A DNA stretch of 61,775 nt, the filler included. It is 3 parts of 3 records of this genome, joined end to end, with 100 filler letters (N's around TTAATTAATTAA, not from the genome) between each part and the next. Parts side by side here need not be neighbours in the genome. Positions count along the whole stretch, not along the records: positions 30,954 to 48,764 come from SRR20825006_1838; 2 more parts are not named here. One strand, 5' to 3'. Within the stretch, counting starts at the first letter, position 1, and the number at the start of each line of letters is the position of its first letter. The position numbers and the translations under genes were made by a program. The notes below the pieces were generated by a model. The model was not told the origin of the DNA. It ran no database searches and saw only the letters and a list, made by a program, of their open reading frames with translations. Shown in pieces: positions 37,118-48,468 of the stretch.

Positions 37118-38337
37118 GCGGCAATCTCCTGTTTGTCCATCTTGCCCGGATTGAGTAGTCCCTTCGGGTCGAACGTTGCCTTGATGCGTGAGACAAGCGC
37201 TGCGACTGGCAAAGGTTGCGGCTCAAAACATGCTGTAGCTGCCCTCACGCCATCCGGCGCACGAAACAGTGTGGCATGTCCGCCACCATGCTTCTTGATC
37301 AGAGCGCGCAAAGTCTCAGCCTCGGCTTCCCCCTCAATCGCCATCCAGATCAGTCCACCCTGCCAATCGTAAAAGGTATCGACGGCGGCAACAAGCCGCA
37401 TATCACCAACAAGAGCAGCGCCGGCCGACGGAGTAACACTGACACGCCAGAGACATGTATCGCGGTTTTCTGCATAGGGAAAAACGTCTCGAATTTCACG
37501 CCAGAGCTGCCAGGTATCTGCTTCGTTCCATGTTGAGACAGAGCCGAACTCCGCCAGATAATTTTTCAGTTTTTCCTGTCGCACTGCGACTGACTCATGC
37601 AGACCTTCCAACCGGAAACACGTCGCGGCAGCCCCTTCAAGCCTGCCGCCCAATACGCGGTTTCGCACGCTGTAAGGCAGGTGCGCGGCGCCCGAAACCT
37701 CGACCGGCAAAGCCATGACTGCGGCCATGACTTTCATCGCATCATCCTCCGATAGATCGGAAATAATGACAGTCGCCGCCTGCTTCGGCGCGGGAAGCAC
37801 CTTGAAAGTCACTTCCGTCATAAAGCCAAGCGTACCGTAAGATCCAGCCATCAGCTTGCCCAGATCAAGCCCGGTCACATTCTTCATCACCCGGCCACCC
37901 GAGCGGACAACATCCCCCTTGCCATTCACAAAACGCACGCCGAGCAGATGATCCCGGGCAGCACCCGCCAAGGCAAAGCGCCTTGGTCCGGATGCATTGG
38001 AAGCGAAAACACCGCCGATCGTCGGCGTTCCCTCACGTCCCATAATGTCGCGATGGTCCATCGGCTCGAATGCCAGATACTGGCCGTTTTCAGCCAAAAC
38101 CGCTTCGATTTCAGCAACCGGCGTTCCCGCCCTCGCGGTCATCACCATTTCAGACGGATTATAGGAGACGATTCCTGTCATCGCAGACGATGACAGAGTG
38201 CTTTCAGTGACAACAGGCTGTCCGAAGCCGGTTCTGGTGTTACCGCCACAAATGGCAAGCGGTGTACCCGCTTTGTAGTTTTGGCGGATCAGTTCAGCCG
38301 CTTCCGCCTCGTTTTCAGGCCTCAGAAAATCATGCAT
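37114..38337 (-). CDS. glcE: Glycolate oxidase FAD subunit
   Basis: LAFEP, GGRVMKNVTGLDL.KL.AGS.GTLG, DWQGGLIW, FDP.GLLNPG. Confidence 0.92.
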   Translation of the reverse strand: MHDFLRPENEAEAAELIRQNYKAGTPLAICGGNTRTGFGQPVVTESTLSSSAMTGIVSYNPSEMVMTARAGTPVAEIEAVLAENGQYLAFEPMDHRDIMGREGTPTIGGVFASNASGPRRFALAGAARDHLLGVRFVNGKGDVVRSGGRVMKNVTGLDLGKLMAGSYGTLGFMTEVTFKVLPAPKQAATVIISDLSEDDAMKVMAAVMALPVEVSGAAHLPYSVRNRVLGGRLEGAAATCFRLEGLHESVAVRQEKLKNYLAEFGSVSTWNEADTWQLWREIRDVFPYAENRDTCLWRVSVTPSAGAALVGDMRLVAAVDTFYDWQGGLIWMAIEGEAEAETLRALIKKHGGGHATLFRAPDGVRAATACFEPQPLPVAALVSRIKATFDPKGLLNPGKMDKQEIAA

Positions 38338-39772
38338 TATCGTCACGCCCTTCCAGCGGAAACACCTTGGACGGGTTCAATATCCATTCCGGATCGAACG
38401 CTGCACGCACCGCCATCTGCTGCCTCAGATCGATGTCGCTGTACTGGTGGCGCATCAGATCACGTTTTTCGATCCCCACCCCGTGTTCGCCAGTCAGGCA
38501 GCCACCGGCATCAACACAGAGTTTCAGAATTTCGGCACCGGCCTGTTCCGCGCGCTCTGCATCTTCCGGATCGTTAATATTGTACAAGATCAGTGGATGC
38601 ATGTTGCCGTCACCTGCATGAAACACATTGGCAACTCTCAGCCCGTAGCGGTCGGTGATTTCACTGGTCTTCTGCAGAACATAGGAAAGCTGGCTAAGCG
38701 GCACAGTGCCATCCATGCAGATGTAATCTGCAATCCTTCCCGTTGCACCAAAGGCAGATTTGCGCCCCTTCCAGATCAAGGCAGCTTCCGTGGCGGACTG
38801 GCTTTCGCGCACAGTGCCCACGTCATGCCGTCGCGCAATCTCAACGATTGCCGTCAGCATTGCATCCATTTCCGCCTTAGAACCTTCGACCTCAACAATC
38901 AGAAGCGCTCCCGCATCCAGCGGATACCCCGCTTTTGCAAAGGCTTCACAAATCTCGATCGCAGGCTTGTCCATGAATTCAATGGCCACCGGGATGATCC
39001 CGGCCGCGATAATATCGGTCACACAGGCACCGGCCTTCTCCGATGACGGAAAACCAAAAAGAACCGGTCTTGCCCCTTCGGGCATCGCCAGAAGCCTGAC
39101 CGTTGCTTCAGTGATAATGCCAAGCTGACCTTCAGAGCCACAGACGATCCCGAGCAGATCATAGCCCGGCGCATCCAGCGCTTTTCCGCCAAGTTCCACG
39201 ACCGTGCCATCCACGAGGACCATTTTGACACCGAGAAGGTTGTTCGTGGTCACACCATATTTGAGGCAATGCGCACCGCCGGAATTCATACCTATATTAC
39301 CGCCGATTGTGCAGGCCAGCTGCGAGCTTGGATCGGGCGCGTAGAAAAAGCCCTCCGGCTTCACAGCTTCCGAGATCGCAATATTGGTGACGCCCGCCTG
39401 TACGACCGCCGCCCGGTTCGGCAAGTCGATATCAAGAATGCGGTTCATACGCGACAGACCAAGCATGATCGCATCTTCCTGACCGATGGCGCCGCCGGAA
39501 AGCGAAGTACCCGCCCCGCGCGGGACAACAGGTATTCCGTTTTCATGAGCATAGGTCAGAATTCTGGAAACCTGTTCTGTGGTCTCCGGCAGACAAACAG
39601 CAAGCGGAACACGCGTATAGGCCAGAAAGCCATCCGTTTCGAAAGGCACAAGCTCACGGCGTTCATGTATGAGACAATCCGCAGGAACAAGGCTTTTCAG
39701 ATCGGAAATGATGACATCGCGTCGCGCCAACACGTCCGCATTCGGCTCTTTAAACGCAATCGTTCCGGCCAT
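38330..39772 (-). CDS. glcD: Glycolate oxidase subunit D
   Basis: PRGAGTSLSGG, APDPSSQ, GGAHCLKYG, FHAGDGNMHP, GEHGVG.EK. Confidence 0.93.
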   Translation of the reverse strand: MAGTIAFKEPNADVLARRDVIISDLKSLVPADCLIHERRELVPFETDGFLAYTRVPLAVCLPETTEQVSRILTYAHENGIPVVPRGAGTSLSGGAIGQEDAIMLGLSRMNRILDIDLPNRAAVVQAGVTNIAISEAVKPEGFFYAPDPSSQLACTIGGNIGMNSGGAHCLKYGVTTNNLLGVKMVLVDGTVVELGGKALDAPGYDLLGIVCGSEGQLGIITEATVRLLAMPEGARPVLFGFPSSEKAGACVTDIIAAGIIPVAIEFMDKPAIEICEAFAKAGYPLDAGALLIVEVEGSKAEMDAMLTAIVEIARRHDVGTVRESQSATEAALIWKGRKSAFGATGRIADYICMDGTVPLSQLSYVLQKTSEITDRYGLRVANVFHAGDGNMHPLILYNINDPEDAERAEQAGAEILKLCVDAGGCLTGEHGVGIEKRDLMRHQYSDIDLRQQMAVRAAFDPEWILNPSKVFPLEGRDDNA

Positions 39773-39904
39773 GCTCTAAGATACCCGCCCCGTTAAATTT
39801 TGAGGCATCTCCACTGCCTCACAACTGACGAAATGTTTATCACTCGCCACGAACCAAGACAAATGCTAACATTTATTCCAGTATGGAAATAATCGGATAA
39901 GTTT

Positions 39905-40837
39905 ATGAAAAATCTTCATGACATGGCCGTTTTCACCCGCGTTGCTGCGGTCGGCAGCATGACAAAGGCTGCTGAAGAAATGCGGCTATCGCCTGCCGTC
40001 GTTTCCAAGAGCATCAAACGGCTGGAGGAGCAGCTGGGCACACGCCTGCTTCAGCGCACGACGCGCAAGATTGCCCTGACAGAAACAGGCCGCGGGTTTT
40101 ACGAGCGACTGCTTCCGGTTCTGGCAGGCGCGGAGGAAGCCCAGGCCTTCGTTGAAGGGCGCACCACTGAAATCAAAGGGCGCCTGAAGATCTCCGCTCC
40201 GACATCATTCGGACGCATGCATATCGCCCCGCATCTCAGTGGCTTCATGAGTACCTGGTCAGCGCTCGATATCGAATTGGTTTTGAGCGATGTTTTTATC
40301 GATATTGTTGGCGAAGGATTTGACCTCGCCATCCGCATCGGGGAGCTGCACGATTCAACGCTCGTTGCACGCAAGCTGGCGCGGGTGAGGCGCATCCTCT
40401 GTGCATCAAGAACCTATCTCGACACCCATGGCATCCCAACATCGCTTTCCGACCTGGAAAATCACATTTGCCTGCCCGCCCATAACGGCGAACACTGGCG
40501 CCTTGACGGCCCGGAGGGGGGCGTCAGCATTCGCCCACACGGCAGACTAACCACAAACTCAAGTGAAGTGGTGCGCGAGGCAATGATCTCGGGGATGGGC
40601 ATCGCCCTGCGTTCAACATGGGATATCGGGCCAGAGCTTTCGCGCGGTGATGTGGTGCAAGTACTGCCAGCCTATGAAAGCGCGTCGGATGTCGGGCTTT
40701 TTGCCGTTTATCCGAGTCGCAGTTTTTTGCCCGCCAAGGTTCGGTTGTTCATCGAGTTTCTGGCAGGACTTTACGGCCCGGCCCCTTACTGGGACCGTGG
40801 CCTGAAGGGCGAAAGCGACGCTAAGCGACCACGATAA
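39905..40837 (+). CDS. LysR regulator (CrgA-like), divergent from glcD
   Basis: HTH...LLQRTTR, PTSFG, EGFDLAIR, PAKVRLF. Confidence 0.9.
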   Translation: MKNLHDMAVFTRVAAVGSMTKAAEEMRLSPAVVSKSIKRLEEQLGTRLLQRTTRKIALTETGRGFYERLLPVLAGAEEAQAFVEGRTTEIKGRLKISAPTSFGRMHIAPHLSGFMSTWSALDIELVLSDVFIDIVGEGFDLAIRIGELHDSTLVARKLARVRRILCASRTYLDTHGIPTSLSDLENHICLPAHNGEHWRLDGPEGGVSIRPHGRLTTNSSEVVREAMISGMGIALRSTWDIGPELSRGDVVQVLPAYESASDVGLFAVYPSRSFLPAKVRLFIEFLAGLYGPAPYWDRGLKGESDAKRPR

Positions 40838-40985
40838 TACCCGTTAGAAGCGAAATCAAAAGAACAACCAACACGATAAAGATCAAAATACGCGCGATAC
40901 CGGCTGAAAGGCCGGCCACACCGCGAAAGCCAAGAAGGCTGGCGACCGCGGCGATAATCAGCAATATAAGAATCCACTCCAACAT
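40821..40985 (-). CDS. DUF1328/UPF0391 small membrane protein
   Basis: MLEWILILLIIAAVASLLGFRGVAG...ARILIFI. Confidence 0.82.
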   Translation of the reverse strand: MLEWILILLIIAAVASLLGFRGVAGLSAGIARILIFIVLVVLLISLLTGIIVVA

Positions 40986-41215
40986 AAGTTTTCCTTTGCC
41001 TATTTTTGCTTCTGAACAACTTATGCTATCAACGATAATGTTCGTCTGAAGTTCCTCGAAATCTCTCACAATGACAGTCGGCGACGGACAGTTTCAAGCA
41101 ATCGTCACAAAAGCTTCATGCGGCTGAGAAGACGCAACGAATTTTCATGTGCTATTCGAATGAACCAAACCGAAAACATGAAAAGCTCAAAGCAACAACA
41201 AAGGGCAACCGCCGC

Positions 41216-41683
41216 ATGTCATCGAAAGAAAAGCAGATGGATAAGGATGATGAGCGAGCGCCAGTACGTCAGCAATATGCGGCGCTTTGCTACCGGCGCC
41301 CCGGCAAGAAGAAAAAAGAACTTGAAATCCTGCTGATCACCAGTCGTGACACCGGTCGCTGGGTAACGCCGAAGGGCTGGCCGATGAACAACAAGGCCCC
41401 ACATGAAGTCGCCGAACAGGAAGCCTATGAAGAAGCCGGAATCAAAGGCAAGATTTGCGAAAATCCGCTTGGCAACTTCAGCTATCTGAAACGACTGAGC
41501 GATGGCACGTCTATTCCCTGCAAGGTCGATCTGTTTCCGCTCCTTGTGTGCAAAACCAAATCAAAATTTCCTGAAGCAAACGAGCGCGTGCGCCGTTGGA
41601 CCTCGCTTGAGGAAGCCGTCGACATGGTTCAGGAACTGGAACTGAAATCTCTTCTGGTCAATTTTGCGTATCAGTTGAAATAA
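41216..41683 (+). CDS. NUDIX hydrolase
   Basis: [23 protein letters not shown] Nudix box. Start uncertain. Confidence 0.88.
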   Translation: MSSKEKQMDKDDERAPVRQQYAALCYRRPGKKKKELEILLITSRDTGRWVTPKGWPMNNKAPHEVAEQEAYEEAGIKGKICENPLGNFSYLKRLSDGTSIPCKVDLFPLLVCKTKSKFPEANERVRRWTSLEEAVDMVQELELKSLLVNFAYQLK

Positions 41684-41756
41684 GCTCTGCGCTTTCCGTC
41701 AATTATCAGGTTCGCTAAGTTTTCAGCCAATGTTCAACGATTCGCGGAAAACTTTC

Positions 41757-42494
41757 ATGCGTGCCAATTATCGTTTGCAGCGTCTGTTCGTGGAAGCACC
41801 GCTTTCCGGCGGCGAAACACTTGCGGCAAACAAGGATCAGTTTCACTATCTGGCGCATGTTCTGCGCGCCGAAACAGGCACTGAGCTCCTGCTTTTCAAT
41901 GGTCGTGACGGTGAATGGCTGGCTGAGATCGATTATCCGACACGCAAGAAAATCGCCCTTCAGCTCAAGGAGCAGGTTCGCCCACAACCAGAACCGTGCA
42001 ATCTCCACTATCTGTTCGCACCGCTGAAGGTCGGGCGCATGGACTATATGGTTCAAAAAGCGGTCGAAATGGGTGCCGGAACGATCCAGCCGGTGATGAC
42101 CCAACATGTGCAGGGCAAGATCAACAACTATGACAGGCTGGCAGCAAATATCACCGAAGCCGCGGAACAATGCGGTGTTTTGGCGTTGCCAGTGCTGAAG
42201 CAAGCCGAAAAACTCACCGAGATCCTGGAACACTGGCCCACCGGCCGCCAGCTGATTTTCTGCGATGAAGCAGCAGAAACACAAAATCCGCTTGTGGCAC
42301 TGCAATCGGTGAAGACGGAAAAACTGGCGCTGATTATTGGGCCAGAAGGCGGTTTTTCCGATGAAGAGCGGGCGCTTCTCAATGCGCAGGACTTTGTAAC
42401 TTCTATCCCCCTTGGCCCGAGGATACTCAGGGCGGATACCGCTGCCGTTGCAGCCATGGCGGTTTTGCAATCCGCCATTGGTGACTGGCGCTGA
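41757..42494 (+). CDS. rsmE: 16S rRNA m3U1498 methyltransferase
   Basis: [34 protein letters not shown]. Confidence 0.95.
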   Translation: MRANYRLQRLFVEAPLSGGETLAANKDQFHYLAHVLRAETGTELLLFNGRDGEWLAEIDYPTRKKIALQLKEQVRPQPEPCNLHYLFAPLKVGRMDYMVQKAVEMGAGTIQPVMTQHVQGKINNYDRLAANITEAAEQCGVLALPVLKQAEKLTEILEHWPTGRQLIFCDEAAETQNPLVALQSVKTEKLALIIGPEGGFSDEERALLNAQDFVTSIPLGPRILRADTAAVAAMAVLQSAIGDWR

Positions 42495-42669
42495 CGGCGT
42501 TTCTCAATGACCGCCTTTAAAGACCGATTGGACTTCAACCCGGATTTATCATTCAATCAAAGAAATTGACTTGATCGCCTCGCTGATTAAGGCCAAGAGC
42601 GATCAGAACATCCGGCGAGCCATATCCTTGCGGCTGAAAACCGGAAACATTGATATTCGAGGACATACC

Positions 42670-44043
42670 ATGGCTCGTGATACTTCCGATGATACGCCAA
42701 TCACATCCACGGCTGAGCTGATTTCCCACCTTGAAAGCGGATGCAAGCGGGAATCAGACTTCCGCATCGGCACAGAGCATGAAAAATTTCCGTTCTTCAA
42801 GGCGGATAACAGTCCGGTTCCCTATCAGGGTGAACGGTCTATATCGGCACTGCTTTACGGCATGAAGGACAAGCTTGGCTGGGATGCCATCATGGATGGT
42901 CAGAACATCATCGGCCTTGCCGAACCGAATGGCATGGGCGCCATTTCGCTGGAACCCGGCGGGCAGTTTGAGCTTTCCGGCGCACCGCTTGCAACCTTGC
43001 ACGAGACCTGTCGCGAATCCAACCGGCATCTGGCCGTTTTGCGTGGCGTTGCCGAGCCGATGGGCATCGGCTTTCTGGGTATCGGCGGCAGCCCGAAATG
43101 GTCGCTGGATGAAACCCCGCGTATGCCGAAATCACGCTATGATATCATGACGCGTTACATGCCGAAGGTCGGTACGCAGGGCCTGGACATGATGTATCGG
43201 ACCTGCACGATCCAGGTGAATATCGACTTCTCTTCAGAAGCTGATATGCGGAGAAAAATGGCCCTCTCCCAGAAACTGCAGCCGTTATCAACCGCACTTT
43301 TCGCCTCGTCCCCCTTTACCGAAGGCAAACCCAACGGTCTTCTATCATGGCGCGGCGACATCTGGCGCGACACAGACAATAACCGTTCCGGCCTGCTGGA
43401 CTTCGCATTCGATGATCGTTTTGGCTTCGAGCAGTACGTTGAGTGGGCTCTGGACGTGCCGATGTATTTTATCGTGCGCAATGGCCGTTATCACGATTGC
43501 ACGCACATCACCTTCCGTCAGTTCATGGCAGGAGCGCTGAAAGGCGAAGTCGACGCTTGGCAGCCAACCATGGGAGACTGGACCAACCACCTTTCAACCC
43601 TGTTCCCCGATGTGAGGCTAAAGCGGTTTCTGGAAATGCGCGGCGCCGACGGCGGCACATGGCGGCGTATCTGCGCCCTGCCCTCTTTCTGGGTCGGTCT
43701 GCTTTATGATGAAGGAGCCATGGCAGATGCCGAAGCGCTGACGAGAGACTGGTCAATTGCGGATATTCACAAGCTTCGCGACGATGTACCAAGCCTGGCG
43801 CTGAAGGCTGAAATCGCCGGCCGCCCGCTTCTTCATGTCGCCCAGGACGTGATTGCGATTGCCCGTAAAGGCCTTCAAGCGCGTGGCAACCGCAATGGCG
43901 ACGGGCGAGACGAAAGCGTATTTCTGATGACGCTGGATGAAATTCTGGCCAAGAAGGCCACCTTTGCCGAGGATCTTCTGGCGCTTTACCACGGGCGCTG
44001 GAAAGGCTCGGTCGATCCGCTGTTCTCAGAGTTCCAGTACTGA
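42670..44043 (+). CDS. gshA: Glutamate-cysteine ligase (alphaproteobacterial type)
   Basis: IGTEHEKF, SLEPGGQFELSG, TCTIQVN, RLKRFLEMRGAD. Confidence 0.93.
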   Translation: MARDTSDDTPITSTAELISHLESGCKRESDFRIGTEHEKFPFFKADNSPVPYQGERSISALLYGMKDKLGWDAIMDGQNIIGLAEPNGMGAISLEPGGQFELSGAPLATLHETCRESNRHLAVLRGVAEPMGIGFLGIGGSPKWSLDETPRMPKSRYDIMTRYMPKVGTQGLDMMYRTCTIQVNIDFSSEADMRRKMALSQKLQPLSTALFASSPFTEGKPNGLLSWRGDIWRDTDNNRSGLLDFAFDDRFGFEQYVEWALDVPMYFIVRNGRYHDCTHITFRQFMAGALKGEVDAWQPTMGDWTNHLSTLFPDVRLKRFLEMRGADGGTWRRICALPSFWVGLLYDEGAMADAEALTRDWSIADIHKLRDDVPSLALKAEIAGRPLLHVAQDVIAIARKGLQARGNRNGDGRDESVFLMTLDEILAKKATFAEDLLALYHGRWKGSVDPLFSEFQY

Positions 44044-44063
44044 GCACACCCACTGACATCATC

Positions 44064-44097
44064 AAAAAAGCCCGGAAAACGCAGTGCGCTTCCGGGC
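44064..44097 (-). terminator. Terminator between convergent gshA and DUF1127 genes
   Basis: Minus strand GCCCGGAA...TTCCGGGC-TTTTTT. Confidence 0.75.
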
Positions 44098-44298
44098 AAA
44101 TGCAGGATAAAGGCTGAGAATATCCTGCGGGGAAAATGACGTTTCCATCAGGCCGCATGTTGGGAAGAACGACCGTCTGTTTGACGCCAAACTTTAATAT
44201 TTCATCGCTCAGCATTCTCTCCGGCCACCGAGAGTTCCGGTGCTCGCCTGCGCGCGTTCCCACCGGTTAAAACAGTGCCAGTGCCCGCGATAGCTGTA

Positions 44299-44571
44299 TC
44301 AGACGATCATCCGCTGGGCGCGCTTGTCTGCTGCCTGCTTCAACTCGGACATCGGATCATGAGAAGCCGATGAAAAATAAGCGCGATCGATATCGTGCCG
44401 ATTCAGGCCGATATCTTTCAGCAGGGCATCATCAAGCTCTGCCATCTCTTTAATGGCAAAACGATTCCTGAAAAAACGAACCGTAGCGACAAAGCTGGCC
44501 CGCAGAATATCGAGAATACCGGAGCGATGGGCGGCGGCCCGGCTATCCAAAGTCCGGTCGATCATAGTCAT
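44299..44571 (-). CDS. DUF1127 domain protein
   Basis: RNRFAIKEMAELDDALLKDIGLNR.DI matches the L.D..L.DIG motif. Confidence 0.85.
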   Translation of the reverse strand: MTMIDRTLDSRAAAHRSGILDILRASFVATVRFFRNRFAIKEMAELDDALLKDIGLNRHDIDRAYFSSASHDPMSELKQAADKRAQRMIV

Positions 44572-44845
44572 CTTCGCTTCCTCTCTAAAACGCTGCCCGT
44601 TTGTGGCATCGTTTCAACTTTCTTGTTAAGGTGCCCCCACGCGAACATCTGACTGGCGTCACACAGGAAACTGCACTTTCATCAAGACGAGATGAAACCA
44701 GACGTCGCCGAACCCGGCCACCCGTTTCATGCGTTGAGTTTTCTCTACGCTCCGTCTCTTTGAAAGCAATATTCTCACGCACCTATTGATCAGTCCAACG
44801 AATGTTTCTAATATCAAGCATCAATAACGCTGATGGATAATCCCC

Positions 44846-45802
44846 ATGGTCGCCCCGCTTGATACTGACCAGCTTCAGACCTTTGTCGCAATCGTTGACA
44901 ATGGCTCCTTCACCCGTGCTGCCGAACAGGTTTTCAAAACCCAGTCAGCCGTTTCGATGCAGATGCGCCGTCTGGAAGAACGTGTTGGAAAACAATTATT
45001 TACGAAAGATGGGCGCGGCGTTAAGCTTACCGATGAAGGTGACAAGCTGTTAAACTACGCACGCCGGATCATCCGACTGAACAATGAGGCTGTGGCGGCT
45101 TTCGACGACAATCGTCTTGAAGGTTCAATCCGCATCGGTACGCCGGATGACTATGCTGATCGCTATATGCCGGACATCATCAGCCGCTTCGGCAAAACAC
45201 ATCCGAATGTTGAGCTCTATATCGTTTGCGAGGCGTCTGTAGATCTGGCTGAGCGGCTAAAGCATGGCGAACTCGATATGGCACTCGTAACCCATAACCC
45301 GCGCACACGAGATTCAGAAGTCGTGCGCACAGAACCGTTGTGCTGGGTCGCCTCTGCCAATCATGCGCTACCGATTGACCGGCCAGTGCCGCTTGCCGTT
45401 GGCCGGCGCGACTGCCGATGGCGACAGCTGGCCATCAGCGCATTGGAAGGCGTTGGCCGGGATTACAAAGTTCTCTTCACGAGTTGGTCTTCTACCGTTG
45501 TGGCATCTGCTGTTCTGGCCGGCATGGCGGTTTCCATCCTGCCGGAATCGGCGCTTCGAACCGGTATGCGGGTATTGACGCAGGCAGACGGCTTTCCGCC
45601 GCTACCGCCGGTTCAGATCGGCCTGATGAAGCGTCCGGGAGCGGCAGCTTCACTCACAACGGCTCTTTGTAATCACATCATCGCATCCCTGGACAATATC
45701 AACCCGACGGAACCGCTTGAGCCTTATGAAACGGACGGCAAGCTTTCACCCGTTCCGCGTCAGCCGCGACTGAGGCCCGGTCACATTTTGCCGACTTGGT
45801 AA
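44846..45802 (+). CDS. LysR regulator (LrhA-like)
   Basis: LDTDQLQTFVAI, TQSAVSMQMRRLE, GTPDDYA. Confidence 0.9.
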   Translation: MVAPLDTDQLQTFVAIVDNGSFTRAAEQVFKTQSAVSMQMRRLEERVGKQLFTKDGRGVKLTDEGDKLLNYARRIIRLNNEAVAAFDDNRLEGSIRIGTPDDYADRYMPDIISRFGKTHPNVELYIVCEASVDLAERLKHGELDMALVTHNPRTRDSEVVRTEPLCWVASANHALPIDRPVPLAVGRRDCRWRQLAISALEGVGRDYKVLFTSWSSTVVASAVLAGMAVSILPESALRTGMRVLTQADGFPPLPPVQIGLMKRPGAAASLTTALCNHIIASLDNINPTEPLEPYETDGKLSPVPRQPRLRPGHILPTW

Positions 45803-45891
45803 TCAGTGCCGAAAGCTGTAATCCGACATTTGTTCGCATAGAAATGCGGTCACCTCAGTTATCAGGCACCGGATTTCACAGCGGAAATGAT

Positions 45892-45926
45892 AAAAGCCGG
45901 CCCCCACCAAAAAAGGGCCGGCCTTC
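45892..45926. terminator. Hairpin between convergent lysR and katA
   Basis: AAAA-GCCGGCCC...GGGCCGGC-CTT. Confidence 0.65.
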
Positions 45927-45946
45927 CATTTGTCAGACAGCTCTTG

Positions 45947-47428
45947 CTATTCAGCCGCAGATGAAATCGTGCTGGCCTCATAGCCATGCGCGTCCTTCAA
46001 GGCCTTGCGTACACCCGCCTCGTAGTCGGGATGCACTTTCTTGAAGAGTGCCAGCTGACGTTCGACAATCTCTCCCGGCACCCCGCCCATGGCAGCAGCA
46101 ATATTGCTGAAAAGACGGGACTTCTGGTCAACATCGAACAACTCGAACAATGCACGCGGCTGAGAGAAGTCGTCATTGCCTTCACGGTGGTTGAAGCGAT
46201 CCATATCACCGGAGATTTTCAGCGGTGGCTCCTGCGCCGTCTTGTCCTCAACAGCGCCGCCCATGCTGTTCGGTTCATAATAGGCATCCATTGCGCCGGT
46301 CTTCTGCCCGAAAAAGTTCATCTGCCCATCCTTGTGATAGTGATGGACCGGACACTTTGGCGCGTTGACCGGCAACGCCTCGTAATGCGTCCCGAGACGA
46401 TAACGGTGAGCATCAGCATAGGAAAAGATTCGCGCTTGCAACATCTTGTCTGGTGAATGCGAGATACCCGGAACGATGTTGGATGGCGAAAACGCCGCCT
46501 GCTCGATTTCGGCAAAATAATTGTCGGCGTTGCGGTTCAACTCGAAATAACCGATATCAATCGGCGGATACTCACTGTGCGGCCAGACCTTCGTCAGGTC
46601 GAACGGATTGTAGGACGTCTTTTCCGCGTCCTCCTCCGGCATAACCTGAACCTGCATCTTCCACCGTGGAAATTTTCCATCCTCAATCTTGCCGAACAGC
46701 GCTTCCTGATAGGTTTCGCGACTTTTTCCGATCAACGATTCGGATTCTTCATTGGTATAGTGCTTGTGTCCCTGTTGGGTCTTGAAATGGAATTTGACCC
46801 AGAAGCGCTCGCCCTTGTCATTCCAGAGCGAGTAGGTATGTGAACCATACCCATTCATATGCGTTGGATCGACCGGCAAGCCACGATCTGACATCAGGAT
46901 CGTTACCTGATGCAGGCTTTCCGGCGACAATGACCAGAAATCCCACATGGCTGTCGCAGACCGCAGATTGGTGCGTGGGTGACGCTTTTGCGTGTGGATA
47001 AAATCCGGGAATTTATAGGGATCACGAACGAAGAAAACCGGTGTGTTGTTACCAACGAGATCCCAGTTTCCTTCTTCAGTGTAAAATTTTAACGCGAAAC
47101 CACGAACGTCACGCTCGGCGTCAGCAGCACCCTGTTCTCCGGCAACGGTAGAAAAGCGGGCAAGCATCGGGATTTCAGAGCCGGGCTGCAGACACTTGGC
47201 TTTTGTATATTCAGAGATATCGCCGGTAATCTTGAGCGTTCCGAAAGCGCCCCAGCCTTTTGCATGGACCACACGTTCAGGAATGCGTTCGCGGTTCTGA
47301 TGCGCCAGTTTTTCAATCAGCTGATAATCCTGAAGCATCACGCCCCCATGCCGGCCGGCTGTCAGGGCGTTCTGGTTATCCGGAAGCGGTGCACCCGCCG
47401 TTGTGGTAATTTTCGGTCCATCACTCAT
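45947..47428 (-). CDS. katA: Monofunctional heme catalase
   Basis: [44 protein letters not shown]. Confidence 0.95.
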   Translation of the reverse strand: MSDGPKITTTAGAPLPDNQNALTAGRHGGVMLQDYQLIEKLAHQNRERIPERVVHAKGWGAFGTLKITGDISEYTKAKCLQPGSEIPMLARFSTVAGEQGAADAERDVRGFALKFYTEEGNWDLVGNNTPVFFVRDPYKFPDFIHTQKRHPRTNLRSATAMWDFWSLSPESLHQVTILMSDRGLPVDPTHMNGYGSHTYSLWNDKGERFWVKFHFKTQQGHKHYTNEESESLIGKSRETYQEALFGKIEDGKFPRWKMQVQVMPEEDAEKTSYNPFDLTKVWPHSEYPPIDIGYFELNRNADNYFAEIEQAAFSPSNIVPGISHSPDKMLQARIFSYADAHRYRLGTHYEALPVNAPKCPVHHYHKDGQMNFFGQKTGAMDAYYEPNSMGGAVEDKTAQEPPLKISGDMDRFNHREGNDDFSQPRALFELFDVDQKSRLFSNIAAAMGGVPGEIVERQLALFKKVHPDYEAGVRKALKDAHGYEASTISSAAE

Positions 47429-47542
47429 CATTTCCTCCATTCTCGTTGTCGCTGGTTCCGCGCTCGGAACCCAGCACATATCGCGCCAGCAGGATGCCAC
47501 AATTTCAGTCGGAATCATCGCATCGGCATCAGATAATTTCCA

Positions 47543-47579
47543 ATTGCCATTTCTTCATTTTTCGATAGGATTTTCTTAT
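47543..47579. promoter_or_regulatory. OxyR binding site
   Basis: ATTG-N7-TTCA-N7-ATAG-N7-TTAT fits the ATAG-N7-CTAT periodic consensus and overlaps the oxyR start. Confidence 0.6.
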
Positions 47580-48468
47580 GACAATTTCTTTGCGACAATT
47601 GCGCTATTTCGAGGCACTGGCGCGCGAAAAGCATTTTGGTCGCGCAGCAGAGGCCGTGCATATCAGCCAACCTGCACTTTCTGCCCAGATCATGGAGATG
47701 GAAACATATCTGGGCGTTAAACTGGTTGAGCGTGCCCGAAAACAGATCATCATCACGCGAGCGGGAAAACGTGTGCTCGACCATGCGCAAAAGGTGCTGG
47801 CCGAGGTGATGGCGCTGGAACAGGCAGCACGCCCGCGAAACCACCCGCTTTCCGGCTCATTCGGGATAGGCATCATCCCTACAGTGGCCCCATACCTGAT
47901 CCCCCGGCTTGTGCCCTACCTGCGGGAGCACTATCCGGACAGTGAGATCGCGCTGAAAGAAGCAGTAACGGATAACCTGCTGGATGATCTGGAAAGTGGC
48001 GGCCTGGATGCTGTAATCGCCGCCCTGCCTCTGGAGCGCGACACCATCGCCACGCGGGAACTCTTCACTGACCCTTTCTTTGTCGCCGTTGCCCGCAATA
48101 ACAGGACGCTGCTGACATCACCGATTTCCCAGACAAGTTTTGAGGCAGAGCGTCTTTTGCTTCTGGAAGAAGGCCACTGTCTTCGTGAACAGGCGCTCGC
48201 AGTCTGCCAGCGCACACCCAGCCGCAATGTCATTAATGTCGGCGCCACGTCCATGACGACGCTATTGCAGATGGTCGCCAATGATATGGGCATGACGCTG
48301 ATACCGGAAATGGCCATCGCGGCTGAAACAGCCCGCACGTCGCTTTCCATCATGCCGTTTGCAGATCCGGCCCCCTCGCGCAGGATCGGCATAGCGTGGC
48401 GGCGTTCAGACCTGCGCGTGGGGGATATGGAAGCCCTTGCAGGTGCCATTGCCGCCTGCCGCGGCTGA
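47578..48468 (+). CDS. oxyR: OxyR peroxide sensor
   Basis: IIPTVAPY, LEEGHCLREQALAVC with both redox Cys; divergent from katA. Confidence 0.93.
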   Translation: MTISLRQLRYFEALAREKHFGRAAEAVHISQPALSAQIMEMETYLGVKLVERARKQIIITRAGKRVLDHAQKVLAEVMALEQAARPRNHPLSGSFGIGIIPTVAPYLIPRLVPYLREHYPDSEIALKEAVTDNLLDDLESGGLDAVIAALPLERDTIATRELFTDPFFVAVARNNRTLLTSPISQTSFEAERLLLLEEGHCLREQALAVCQRTPSRNVINVGATSMTTLLQMVANDMGMTLIPEMAIAAETARTSLSIMPFADPAPSRRIGIAWRRSDLRVGDMEALAGAIAACRG

